From assembly GCA_026387175.1 (NCBI GenBank), contig JAPLME010000012.1, forward strand, positions 139,429 through 203,428: DNA of 64,000 nucleotides, written 5' to 3'. This stretch comes from Candidatus Omnitrophota bacterium (GTDB taxonomy: Bacteria; Omnitrophota; Gorgyraeia; 2-01-FULL-45-10). A model generated the notes under the pieces. The model did no database searches, had not been told where the DNA came from, and worked only from the letters and a program-made list of their open reading frames with translations. Positions 10,601 through 19,071 of this stretch are shown here, one piece after another. Position 1 is the stretch's first letter. Every line of letters begins with the position of its first letter. A program made the translations under genes and the position numbers.

Positions 10601-13600
10601 AGGGGGTTTATAAAGGTATTTAATACGATTATGGAGTATGTGCCGGACAAATATAGGAATCCAGTAATGGATCAGGTCAAAGATATCCTGCACAAGGAGC
10701 ACGTCTCGATCATTGACGACACCGTGAACCCTGAGCAGATATTGGATCATTACACCTCCCTTACCGATAAGAAATTAAAGGAAGAAGCAGTTTGTACTAG
10801 AGATCATATGGAGCGCGTGGGAGGAATAGTTTCAAGAATAGGTGTGAAGATAGGGCTTTCGCCGGATGACATGAAAATATTGATGGCCGCCGCATATGGT
10901 CACGACGCCGGAACAGACATGCTTTCGTCAGTATGGAAAAATATAAATGACGCGAAAGTTGATACTAATCTCGAAAAAACCCGTGCTAACATTAAAAGGA
11001 ATCCAGGTAAGGCAAATACTTTATTATCCCTTCCGGACTTTATTGTCTATGCGGAAAAGCTTATTACGGAAAGAAAGGGCGTACCGCTGACAGATGAAGA
11101 AAAGTATTTAATCGAACTCATGATCGAAGATGATTATAGGCATGGAGAAAATTCCGTAGAATTTCTGAGCAATTTTTACATAATACCCGAAGAAGTCGCG
11201 ATATTGATCAGAGAGCATAAAGACTATGAAAGCTTTTTGGAAAATATCGGTAATATTAAAGATTCTGATCGGATGGAGCGGCTGTTATCAATATTGATAA
11301 CAGCAGATGCCTTTGAGGCCATAAATGCCCGGACATCTAAAGCATTTAAAGAAACATTTGATGATATCAGGAAAAAAGGCCTCAATGAAGAGCCGTTAAA
11401 TGCGCTTTTAGCGCTCTTGGAAAAAAAAGACAAAGAATTATTAGATATTATTTTCGAAGCCAGAAAAACAGATAAATTAACCCCTGAAGACGAAGTATTT
11501 CTTAAGTTATCAGGTGAGAAAGAATTTAAAAAGATTTTCAGTTCCTACCCGACTATCAAAGAGGCGGAAGCTAACGGGTGGCTTGGGATAGCGATTCCGC
11601 GCTGGAAAGAGCTAAAGATAATGCAGCAATGGGGGCCGCATGACGATACGGTCGCTGCTCATACCCTGGGGGTATTAGAGGCTTTGAGTCAAAATGAAGC
11701 ATTAAGGAATCTTAAGAATCCTGAAGATGCTTTCACCATGGCATTTTTCCACGATTTCGGCAAAGATTTTTACAATCCTAATTATAAAAAGTCATCGGAT
11801 CAAAAACATTCAGATACTCATAATATAATAAGCGCAAAGCTTGTTTTGGATATACTTCCCGGGTTTGGTTTTAGCGAAGAGTATGCAAAGAAGATCGCAT
11901 GGTATGTGAAGTATCACCATGTTATGTGGCATCTGGCATATAAGGGAGGAATAGAGGCTAATATAACAGACGCTAACGGAAAGGAAACAACATCGTCTTT
12001 TCTTGATGAACTGACCGAAAGAGACATAGATATATTTACGATGTTTTTCTGCGCCGAAATGAAACAGGTGGGAACGTGGGATCTCGGATCGAATAGTGAA
12101 AGCATACTGAAGGTATCGGATCAATTAAAGAGGTTCGTGAATGAAACAAAAGATATTCAAGGAAAGGATCGTAAACAAAAAATAGCGCAATTTATGAAAG
12201 AGTTGATAAATGCAGCGAGTGAACGTAAGCCATGGGTAGAAAAATCAATTCGTTTTATATCTCCGAGCGTAATGGAATATCCTAACCCTGATCAAATTGA
12301 AGAAGTTTTTAGGAGTTTGGATGAAGAGATTGTCAATCATGGTATTTTTGGCATTATCCCTACATACAGATATAACTACATAAAATTATTAATGGATAAC
12401 ATGAGTCTTATAGATGAGTCAAAATATCTGTCCGCTGCATGCAAAAATGACTTACGCAAACTTTCCGCCGAAGATAGAAAAAGTTTCGCGATTGTCGCCA
12501 ATCGCGTATTGTTAGATATCTTAAATAGATCAAGTAACGGCGAGGAAGGATATTCCTTACCGGTTGTTTCCAATTTAGACTATATGCCAAATAGCCCGAC
12601 TATATTACTGGTTGCCCCTTTTGAAAAAAAAGAATTAAAGGCAGGATCGTTCCTTGCCCCGCCGCTCGGAATTTATAGGTTGGCAAATTATTTAAGATTA
12701 TTCGGGATAAAAGTCGATATATTTGACCCGAATCTTAATGGCGGCAAAGAGAAGGGCGCTGAAGAGCTTTGCGATTTTGTAAAAAAACAAACCACAAACG
12801 GAGGATATGATTTTATAGGATTCAGCATATATGCGCCGACATTGGAAAATGACTTAGAGCTTGCAGGAGAATTAAAGAAGATTTCCGCTAAATCTATTTT
12901 TATAGCCGGAGGCGAGGGTGCTTTTTATAATTCAGAAAAATTACTGACGCCCGATACGTCTTTTAATGCCATATATAAAGGATTTGGAGAAGCTTCTCTT
13001 CTTGACACTTTAATTTTATATATGCAAAACGGCAAAGGAAATCTCTATGATAAAGAAGGGGCTAGAGAGATAAAAAGCGCTATCGTAAAATTAAAGACCG
13101 GCGAAGTTATCGAAACGCCTCCGCAATCTATGGTAACAAAGGATGAGTACAGAGTTATGTCCTTATTTTTTGACAGTACGATCGTACCATATGAAGGCTA
13201 TTGGAGTTTTATGGAAGAATTATATGTTTGCGGATCCGCGGAAGTCAAGCCGATCATAGACGTAGACGCTATAAAAACGGTTAGATTAATAACCAGCAGC
13301 CATTGCCCCATGGGGTGTTCATTCTGTTCTTCCACGAATTTTCTTAATGACTCGATCGGCGAGAAAAGGCAACGGGTTCTTTCTTTGGCTCCCCAGGAAA
13401 TAATAGAAATTTTAAGGAATATAAAAAAATATCATCCGGAGACCAGAACCATATTCTTTAACGACGATGATTTTATGATCTACCCAAAGCGGGTTAAAGA
13501 ATTATGCGGTTTAATTAAGAAAGAGTTCGGAGGAAATGGATTCCGGTTTATTGCGCTTGGGAGGGTGGACAAGGTCGATAAAGAATTGCTTGAAAAAATG

Positions 13601-16600
13601 CAGGAGGCCGGATTTATTCAGATAAATTATGGCATCGAGAGCTTTTCAGACAAAGTCTTACTGGATATGAATAAAAATATTAAGAGCAGTAAGAATATTA
13701 CGGGGCTCGACATTACTTTAAATAGCGGGATAGTTCCTCTGATCAATCTCATATTATTTTACCCGACAGCTACAAAAGAAGATGTACTGTCTACTATGCG
13801 AACATCCGTTGAATTTGTCGCTAAAGGAGCCGAGTTGAGTTATTGGCCGTTTGTAGAAGCGTTCAAAGGGGCTTCTATAATGAAAAAAGTTAAAAATGGC
13901 AAAAATCCCGAAGGCGAGTATGAGTTATCGGAAAATGGAAAAGATATCTCGCCGGTTGATATAGAAGTTAGAAACCTTGCAAAAGAAGCCATTAGAAATA
14001 AAGAAACGGTAATCCAGGAGATAAAGACAAAATATGCCATAAAAGGAAAGATCCCGCATGTCGTAGATGTACTAGCCTTCTTTATCGCGTTTTATAGAGC
14101 TTCCGGTGAGCCTACGCAACGTATCGAACAAGTGATCAATGATAGGCTTGGCGCGCATGCGCAAAAGATTAAAACTATTGAAGTAGGGAAAACCTCATTA
14201 AATGTTATAGTTGCCGAAAGAATTAATACCGGTTTAATTGAGTTTCAGAAGCCGATAATTGTTACGACAGGAGAAGAAGGAGAAGCTGAAAGGCGTGCCG
14301 ATAAAGAGTTACGAGCAGGTCATGTAGGTGTGATTACGGTGGCCGGCGGCGAAGCTTCAAGGGCAGGGATTGGGTATCCTAAGGGGATGCATCCGATTAT
14401 GCCGGTTTCAGATAAAACGCTGTTTGAAACCCGCGCCGAAGAAATAAAAGTTGCCGAGGAATACTATGGTAAGACGATTCCCTGGTATATTATGATTTCA
14501 GAAAACACCGGTAAGGCCACCCAGAGTTACTTCGGAGAAAATAAATTTTTTGGTTTAAGGAAGGAAGATGTTATTTTTGTTCAGGCGGAAAGCGTACCGG
14601 CGTTCTTGGCGGGTACGCAACGAGTAGCCATGAAGGATGCCGAGCACATATTAACGATGCCGGGTGGACATGGCAACATATATAAGGCCATGCAGAACAA
14701 ACAGGCACGCACGGATGGAGGAAAGATAAGCGCGCTAGAAGATGCTAAGCAAAGAGGCATAGAAACGTTTGTATACTGTCAAATTGATAATGCGATGCCG
14801 GTTATGAATAGACGGGCTTTAGGGGTACATCTGAAAGAGAATTCGGATTTTACGATCGTCTCAGTGCGCAAAAGAGATCAAGAGGAAAACCTCGGCATTC
14901 CTGTTCTGGATACTTTAAACGGGAATAACTTTTTTGTTGAATACAATCAGCCCGGAGGCGAGGAGCTTAAGCATAAAAAGGGTTTTGATTATGGCGCGTG
15001 CGGTATATTTATTCTCGCGCGCAGTTTTATGGAGAAAATGGATCAGCCTCCATATCATCTGGTCCGCAACAAAAAATCTAAAATATATAAAGACGGTAAA
15101 ATTCAGCAAGGCCTTATCGACAAATATGAAAATTTTATGTTCGATGTTTTACCGTATGCAAAAAAATCAGTTAATATTTTATTTCCCAGAGAAGAATGTT
15201 TTGCTCCGTTTAAGAGCATGGAAGGGCCTGATTCTTATGAGGCCGCTGCCAAGACCGTATCAAATTACTGGAAAATAATAATTGGAAGGGCATTTCCTGA
15301 GCTTGAAATTCCTCAGACAACGATTATTGAATTACCCAGGCGTTCAGAATACATGAAACCGCGAGAACTTAGAAGAGCATTATTGGCTATAAATTTTCCA
15401 AATTTTTTGGAAGGAAACGCAAGCTTGCTTGTTTCGTCTGATTTCATGAAAGTGACTAAAAAGATATTGAATCTATCGGGAAATTCCCGCGCGCTGTCCG
15501 GCAGGCTGCTTACTGGTAAATTATCCCGATATGAAAGAGAAATATTAAAGAGGGCTATACTGGAAAAGTATAGAGAAGAGCAAAAAGTAGGGGCGATCGA
15601 AAAAATTCGGTATCCGCAGGATAGCAGTGATTGGGAATCGGCCGGTAATGCTTTGGCAAAAGCCCGGGAAAAATATGCAGAAACCGGCAAGCCGTTATTT
15701 TTAGAAGGAGTTACTTTAATTTACAGGCCTAGAGACAACAAATATGGACTATTTCGAGAAGCAATTGAAAAAATGAATAACTGGAATACAGCGGAAGAAA
15801 AACCTCTTGTTGCCACCGTCGCCGCAGGATCAGAGCATATAACACTCTATGATCTTGCTTGTATGCTTGACTGGGAGAGGAAATATAAAAATCAATTTAA
15901 TGATTCTACGAAACACGAAATTGATAAAAGAACCGAAGAGCTTCTTGGGGCAGGTGGGTTTGAGACAGGGGATCATGCCTGCGAGCAAGCCACATATGAA
16001 ATATTAACCAAGAAGGTTGATAAAATATTAAAAGATTTTAAAGCGGATAGAGCGCCTGTTTTTAAACCGTGCAATATCGCTATATCAATGCCACCATGCG
16101 GGCCGTTTGCCGTTCTTTTAAGCATGGAGCCTAAGACCGCGGAAGATTTAGCGATTGTCACTAAGATTCAGGATGCTATCAGGGATGAAACCGGAATTGA
16201 AAACACAGGAGCTGTTAAAGTCCATATAACATTGGGGTATATTGTTAATTCTATTTATAAGGATGAAAAGGTATTTGGAGAATTCATGCGGCATATTACC
16301 GAATTAGACGCGTATATAAGAGGGAAAGGCGCTTTACCGGAGCACGAATTTACCTCCCCTCAAATGGAACTAAGCTATCTCGACAATCTGGACAATTATA
16401 AACCTATCTCTACTTTTGGATGGATAGGCTCGAATATAAATTCTGCAACTTCGTCAGTAGCAGCGCCGGTCGCAATCCGTGCCGGCACTCCCGAAGGCCG
16501 ATATGACGTAGCCACCGCGAAAGTCATTAATGGAGAATTGCAGGATTACAAAGGTATAGATAATGGGATGCAGGCGGCCCTGTCAACGCTATTGGAAAGA

Positions 16601-18862
16601 ATCACGAATAAGGACATTGAAACGAAAGTCGCCGAGCTTCTTGGCGACGATGTCGCGAGAATAAAGCTATTAGAAGGCAAAACCATAAGAATCGTCCAGG
16701 ACAACGACCGGTTAATGCACTTTACGGAAGATCCTAATGTCATAACTATAGATATAGACGCACTAAAGTATAACGAACTTTTATTCATGGAATTCATCCA
16801 CGAATTATTACATGCGAAGCTTGCGGCAATGCCTACGAGAGCAGGACCTATCGAGGAAGAGATAACTGTTACTACACTGGAAGTCGAACTCTTCCTGACA
16901 TTCCCGCAAGATATCCAGAATAAGATCCTCGAAACACTCAAAGCAGATAATGACTTAGATGACCAGCAATTCTATAAAATCCTCGAAAAAGCTAAAACCA
17001 ATGCCGATATCAATAGCGTAAGAGACGATATTATAAATTATGTCCTTTCAAACCTCCCCGATCATGGTATAGGCATCCCCATTGCTGTATCATATGATAC
17101 CGGAGAATATCTGGCGCATGTGGCATTTCAGCAGGAATATAGCGACACAGCCACCTATGACGGCAAGGACAGGCAATTCCTACACAGAACTCCCGATGGC
17201 AAAATCAAGACAGGCCCTTGTACAGACTTTTTATTGACGAAGCGGAAACCGATAAATGAATATATCAAAGAGTTTAAGGCCGCTCACAGTGAATTAGAGA
17301 TTATTGCCGTACTGCCGCATGGCAATGCCATGACGAACGAAGGATTTGTAATATTCTCCGGAGGTAAGCTCTATCATACAATTAAGGAAATAGAACAACC
17401 GGATGCAAAAGGCAAAACCTACACCTGCTTTGTGTCGTGGAAGGATAAATGGGAAGGAAAAAAATATTCAGTCAAGGAATTGGAATTCAGAGGTAATGAA
17501 GTATTCGTGTCCGGGACGGCCTCGCCAATTACAGATAAGATCAACTATGCCGTATCGGGCCAACAACTTGTCAAAGGCTCAGAAGCTGTGCCTATAGCCA
17601 GTCTTTATGATAAATTAGTGGACCCAAAACAGATATTTATTTACCCACACTTTAAATACAAAGATTCCGAAGGCAATGACCGCGATCTATTCTTCGGTAT
17701 GGCCGCTATGTACAAGAATAAAGAATTGTTCGAAAAAGTTCTGAAACCTGAACCGGAATTCATCGAATTCAGTAGGGCAGAGCTTGTCGACCTGGGGATT
17801 AATGCAAATGACGTGATAAAAACGGCTATGGATGAGCTTGGCTACAAAGAAGAGGCCGATTACATACTTACACCGAGTATGATAAAAATACGGCTTAAAC
17901 TAAACCCTTATGCCCACAACCTGATAGGTGTAAACGATAAAGGGGATATAGTCACCATAACATGCACAGGCGATTCCAAAAAGCATAAAGGTATAACCAT
18001 AACGGATCTCCAGGATTTTGTAATTAAGAACGGCGTGAAGGACATGATAATGCTATCTAACGGCACGGACATACAGATCCTAGATGGAAACGGTAAAAGG
18101 CTTGTCGAATCCGCCAATAAAGCTCGCACTGAAATGCCGGCAGTAATAATAATTGCGAAGAAACGCTTGTCGGTATCCAAAACAGTGGAATTCTCATTGA
18201 ATAATGAAAATAATCTTAACCAATTCGAAGCAGATAGTGCGGTCGGAGATTTGATAATTCTCGCAAGGCGTGCTCAAAGAGAGAACCAAAAACTTATAAT
18301 CGGCCTTGAGACGGATTGGATACCCGGAATGAATGTGAAGGGCAGCCTGCAGAGAAATGCAATTGCCGCGCTAATGAAAGAAATAGATGGAATTGGCGAA
18401 ACCTTAAAATCTATGGGCTTGGATAATGTAGAGGTTATCCGCGGGAGTGGGAATGATTTAGCAAATACATTGCTGACTGAAGCCGATAAAACCCATACCA
18501 GTTTGCATAACATCGTTGTGATGGCATCGACAAACACTATAAATTCTAATAGCTTTACGGCGTTAAAGGATGCGAATGAGAATGATAGACCATTCCTTGC
18601 CGGTATAGACCCTACGGAACTGATGAAACTTTACGACGAATTTGGCGAGACTACCAGTAAACAGCTCTATATACGACTGATGCAGATGCTCTATATGACA
18701 TTGGAGCTTGCGTCAGGTAAGGAGCCGCCTCAGATTCCCTTAATCATGTCATATGATAAGAAGACGAGAACTGTTATATTCCTGCCAAAAGCAGAGCCTA
18801 GAGATTATGAAATGTTAAAGAACGTCTATGCGGCTGAGAAGATGGCGTTAGCAGCGGCATAG
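7661..18862 (+). CDS. Giant secreted multidomain protein (3733 aa). Contains a signal-peptide-like N-terminus, a PKL/APH-like kinase fold with a degenerate catalytic motif, two HD domains, a B12-binding + radical SAM domain, a UDP-sugar pyrophosphorylase-like nucleotidyltransferase, an HExxH module, and a C-terminal domain shared with the 21211 gene.
   Basis: No in-frame stop for 11.2 kb. RBS-poor but AT-rich upstream. SDMNMAN...FDWD (8885-8968). AYGHDAG (10901) and FFHDFGKDF (11750). SHCPMGCSFCSS gives CxxxCxxC at 13304-13327, preceded by a Rossmann-like B12-binding region (DFIGFSIYAP). VITVAGGEASRAG...MPGGHGNIY (14320-14700) UDPGP-like. FIHELLH at 16798-16812. Confidence 0.85.
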   Translation: MSRAKNSNLFKALSLILISTFLSLDISYAYPPEHNANDSTLAIPSVLQQTPINEQAAQLQQTVLSQGKLLGAVCSIGKYLLEDKLPIKYLRQVISAELGKAIEDIDLSQVTVKDGAAFIPCVINNRKRIVQLALKNSLAVKNLTGDEWAASERYTIKIAPEKKEQSNRTIEPHSPKNIDEQNIGLFQSTLIKRIVQEFDLGEILNIDFINGGGGRISSPIPRIKTAKGVFLIKKLKRMRADQKGGEEDASFIMDYVHYLIHQGISIPSVTKNDSNGNDPRDYFTTFDVTTPGDKNKRYEFYTVDKFVEGRSILREDCPPETLKAIGKTLGKIHKVSENFPIRFKLGPGHYSFLYSVNGTLDPKATWYDNLDSYLNPTEKNIISEAMKEIRNYWSEHDINKISKPQTIPSDMNMANIIFNESGTEIRAIFDWDNARPNSYRIEDFFATLCHGGRPRTAKSYGIAEDLQYLLQGWEEGYGGKLGKNEEDSIPHLFVTIVMDHIHDSAEILAKKDPNDKYTEDNLHNILVPALASLIKGMIDKKNTQQYTREGIKLWYEQSRKTEKPIKDSTFNLTLTTLFGVEYKPGSDARENAEYVVSVMNKYPDRMDGFIKDLFEALDRGGHSATWSGRYAPLALAMHNILKGGNVNLYDVDESFNKLSKDIPEIAYLLSAYPLTARDRAGLPPSPEFKFNGNVLASTPIKIIDFGSAPKEDGPPVFTTLLSVLELLHPGRFDAVITDIVYPKYRITDTDDIEPGRYQFVDGKADITVKKYGADCKITCFDALADGTDGKYNVVSDSYNSSEKYDFVIASNLVAGYMGPKYQGQTGRGIEVNGKRLLREDGNDQKYDLNDDQERIIKNLLKSLKPNGILFFNPSGTAIDRSTDHVFQVIQNKDGSYVVFDNVIPYTTSPECLMTPFNNLADYLPKEKRHLIEEILPKDKASSDEIKKLFTHAFSLAYHYQNNGHSIWANMSKASCAIGMGRGFIKVFNTIMEYVPDKYRNPVMDQVKDILHKEHVSIIDDTVNPEQILDHYTSLTDKKLKEEAVCTRDHMERVGGIVSRIGVKIGLSPDDMKILMAAAYGHDAGTDMLSSVWKNINDAKVDTNLEKTRANIKRNPGKANTLLSLPDFIVYAEKLITERKGVPLTDEEKYLIELMIEDDYRHGENSVEFLSNFYIIPEEVAILIREHKDYESFLENIGNIKDSDRMERLLSILITADAFEAINARTSKAFKETFDDIRKKGLNEEPLNALLALLEKKDKELLDIIFEARKTDKLTPEDEVFLKLSGEKEFKKIFSSYPTIKEAEANGWLGIAIPRWKELKIMQQWGPHDDTVAAHTLGVLEALSQNEALRNLKNPEDAFTMAFFHDFGKDFYNPNYKKSSDQKHSDTHNIISAKLVLDILPGFGFSEEYAKKIAWYVKYHHVMWHLAYKGGIEANITDANGKETTSSFLDELTERDIDIFTMFFCAEMKQVGTWDLGSNSESILKVSDQLKRFVNETKDIQGKDRKQKIAQFMKELINAASERKPWVEKSIRFISPSVMEYPNPDQIEEVFRSLDEEIVNHGIFGIIPTYRYNYIKLLMDNMSLIDESKYLSAACKNDLRKLSAEDRKSFAIVANRVLLDILNRSSNGEEGYSLPVVSNLDYMPNSPTILLVAPFEKKELKAGSFLAPPLGIYRLANYLRLFGIKVDIFDPNLNGGKEKGAEELCDFVKKQTTNGGYDFIGFSIYAPTLENDLELAGELKKISAKSIFIAGGEGAFYNSEKLLTPDTSFNAIYKGFGEASLLDTLILYMQNGKGNLYDKEGAREIKSAIVKLKTGEVIETPPQSMVTKDEYRVMSLFFDSTIVPYEGYWSFMEELYVCGSAEVKPIIDVDAIKTVRLITSSHCPMGCSFCSSTNFLNDSIGEKRQRVLSLAPQEIIEILRNIKKYHPETRTIFFNDDDFMIYPKRVKELCGLIKKEFGGNGFRFIALGRVDKVDKELLEKMQEAGFIQINYGIESFSDKVLLDMNKNIKSSKNITGLDITLNSGIVPLINLILFYPTATKEDVLSTMRTSVEFVAKGAELSYWPFVEAFKGASIMKKVKNGKNPEGEYELSENGKDISPVDIEVRNLAKEAIRNKETVIQEIKTKYAIKGKIPHVVDVLAFFIAFYRASGEPTQRIEQVINDRLGAHAQKIKTIEVGKTSLNVIVAERINTGLIEFQKPIIVTTGEEGEAERRADKELRAGHVGVITVAGGEASRAGIGYPKGMHPIMPVSDKTLFETRAEEIKVAEEYYGKTIPWYIMISENTGKATQSYFGENKFFGLRKEDVIFVQAESVPAFLAGTQRVAMKDAEHILTMPGGHGNIYKAMQNKQARTDGGKISALEDAKQRGIETFVYCQIDNAMPVMNRRALGVHLKENSDFTIVSVRKRDQEENLGIPVLDTLNGNNFFVEYNQPGGEELKHKKGFDYGACGIFILARSFMEKMDQPPYHLVRNKKSKIYKDGKIQQGLIDKYENFMFDVLPYAKKSVNILFPREECFAPFKSMEGPDSYEAAAKTVSNYWKIIIGRAFPELEIPQTTIIELPRRSEYMKPRELRRALLAINFPNFLEGNASLLVSSDFMKVTKKILNLSGNSRALSGRLLTGKLSRYEREILKRAILEKYREEQKVGAIEKIRYPQDSSDWESAGNALAKAREKYAETGKPLFLEGVTLIYRPRDNKYGLFREAIEKMNNWNTAEEKPLVATVAAGSEHITLYDLACMLDWERKYKNQFNDSTKHEIDKRTEELLGAGGFETGDHACEQATYEILTKKVDKILKDFKADRAPVFKPCNIAISMPPCGPFAVLLSMEPKTAEDLAIVTKIQDAIRDETGIENTGAVKVHITLGYIVNSIYKDEKVFGEFMRHITELDAYIRGKGALPEHEFTSPQMELSYLDNLDNYKPISTFGWIGSNINSATSSVAAPVAIRAGTPEGRYDVATAKVINGELQDYKGIDNGMQAALSTLLERITNKDIETKVAELLGDDVARIKLLEGKTIRIVQDNDRLMHFTEDPNVITIDIDALKYNELLFMEFIHELLHAKLAAMPTRAGPIEEEITVTTLEVELFLTFPQDIQNKILETLKADNDLDDQQFYKILEKAKTNADINSVRDDIINYVLSNLPDHGIGIPIAVSYDTGEYLAHVAFQQEYSDTATYDGKDRQFLHRTPDGKIKTGPCTDFLLTKRKPINEYIKEFKAAHSELEIIAVLPHGNAMTNEGFVIFSGGKLYHTIKEIEQPDAKGKTYTCFVSWKDKWEGKKYSVKELEFRGNEVFVSGTASPITDKINYAVSGQQLVKGSEAVPIASLYDKLVDPKQIFIYPHFKYKDSEGNDRDLFFGMAAMYKNKELFEKVLKPEPEFIEFSRAELVDLGINANDVIKTAMDELGYKEEADYILTPSMIKIRLKLNPYAHNLIGVNDKGDIVTITCTGDSKKHKGITITDLQDFVIKNGVKDMIMLSNGTDIQILDGNGKRLVESANKARTEMPAVIIIAKKRLSVSKTVEFSLNNENNLNQFEADSAVGDLIILARRAQRENQKLIIGLETDWIPGMNVKGSLQRNAIAALMKEIDGIGETLKSMGLDNVEVIRGSGNDLANTLLTEADKTHTSLHNIVVMASTNTINSNSFTALKDANENDRPFLAGIDPTELMKLYDEFGETTSKQLYIRLMQMLYMTLELASGKEPPQIPLIMSYDKKTRTVIFLPKAEPRDYEMLKNVYAAEKMALAAA

Positions 18863-19002
18863 TTAAGATGAAAAAAGGTAGCAGCATTTATATTGACCTA
18901 ACAGTATCTTGATGGTAAACTTAAACATATTCTTTTAAGAGAATAAAATATGACAAGACACAGGTTCAGGTTAAAACGAATAGATAATGAGCTTCATTTT
19001 AA

Positions 19003-19028
19003 AGCCAGCAAATAGCCTGGCTTTTTTA
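19003..19028 (+). terminator. Rho-independent terminator.
   Basis: AGCCAG-caaatagc-CTGGCT followed by TTTTTT. Confidence 0.7.
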
Positions 19029-19071
19029 TTTAAAGATTTAAAAAGCTATTCTTGAAACAAAGAGACTTCCG

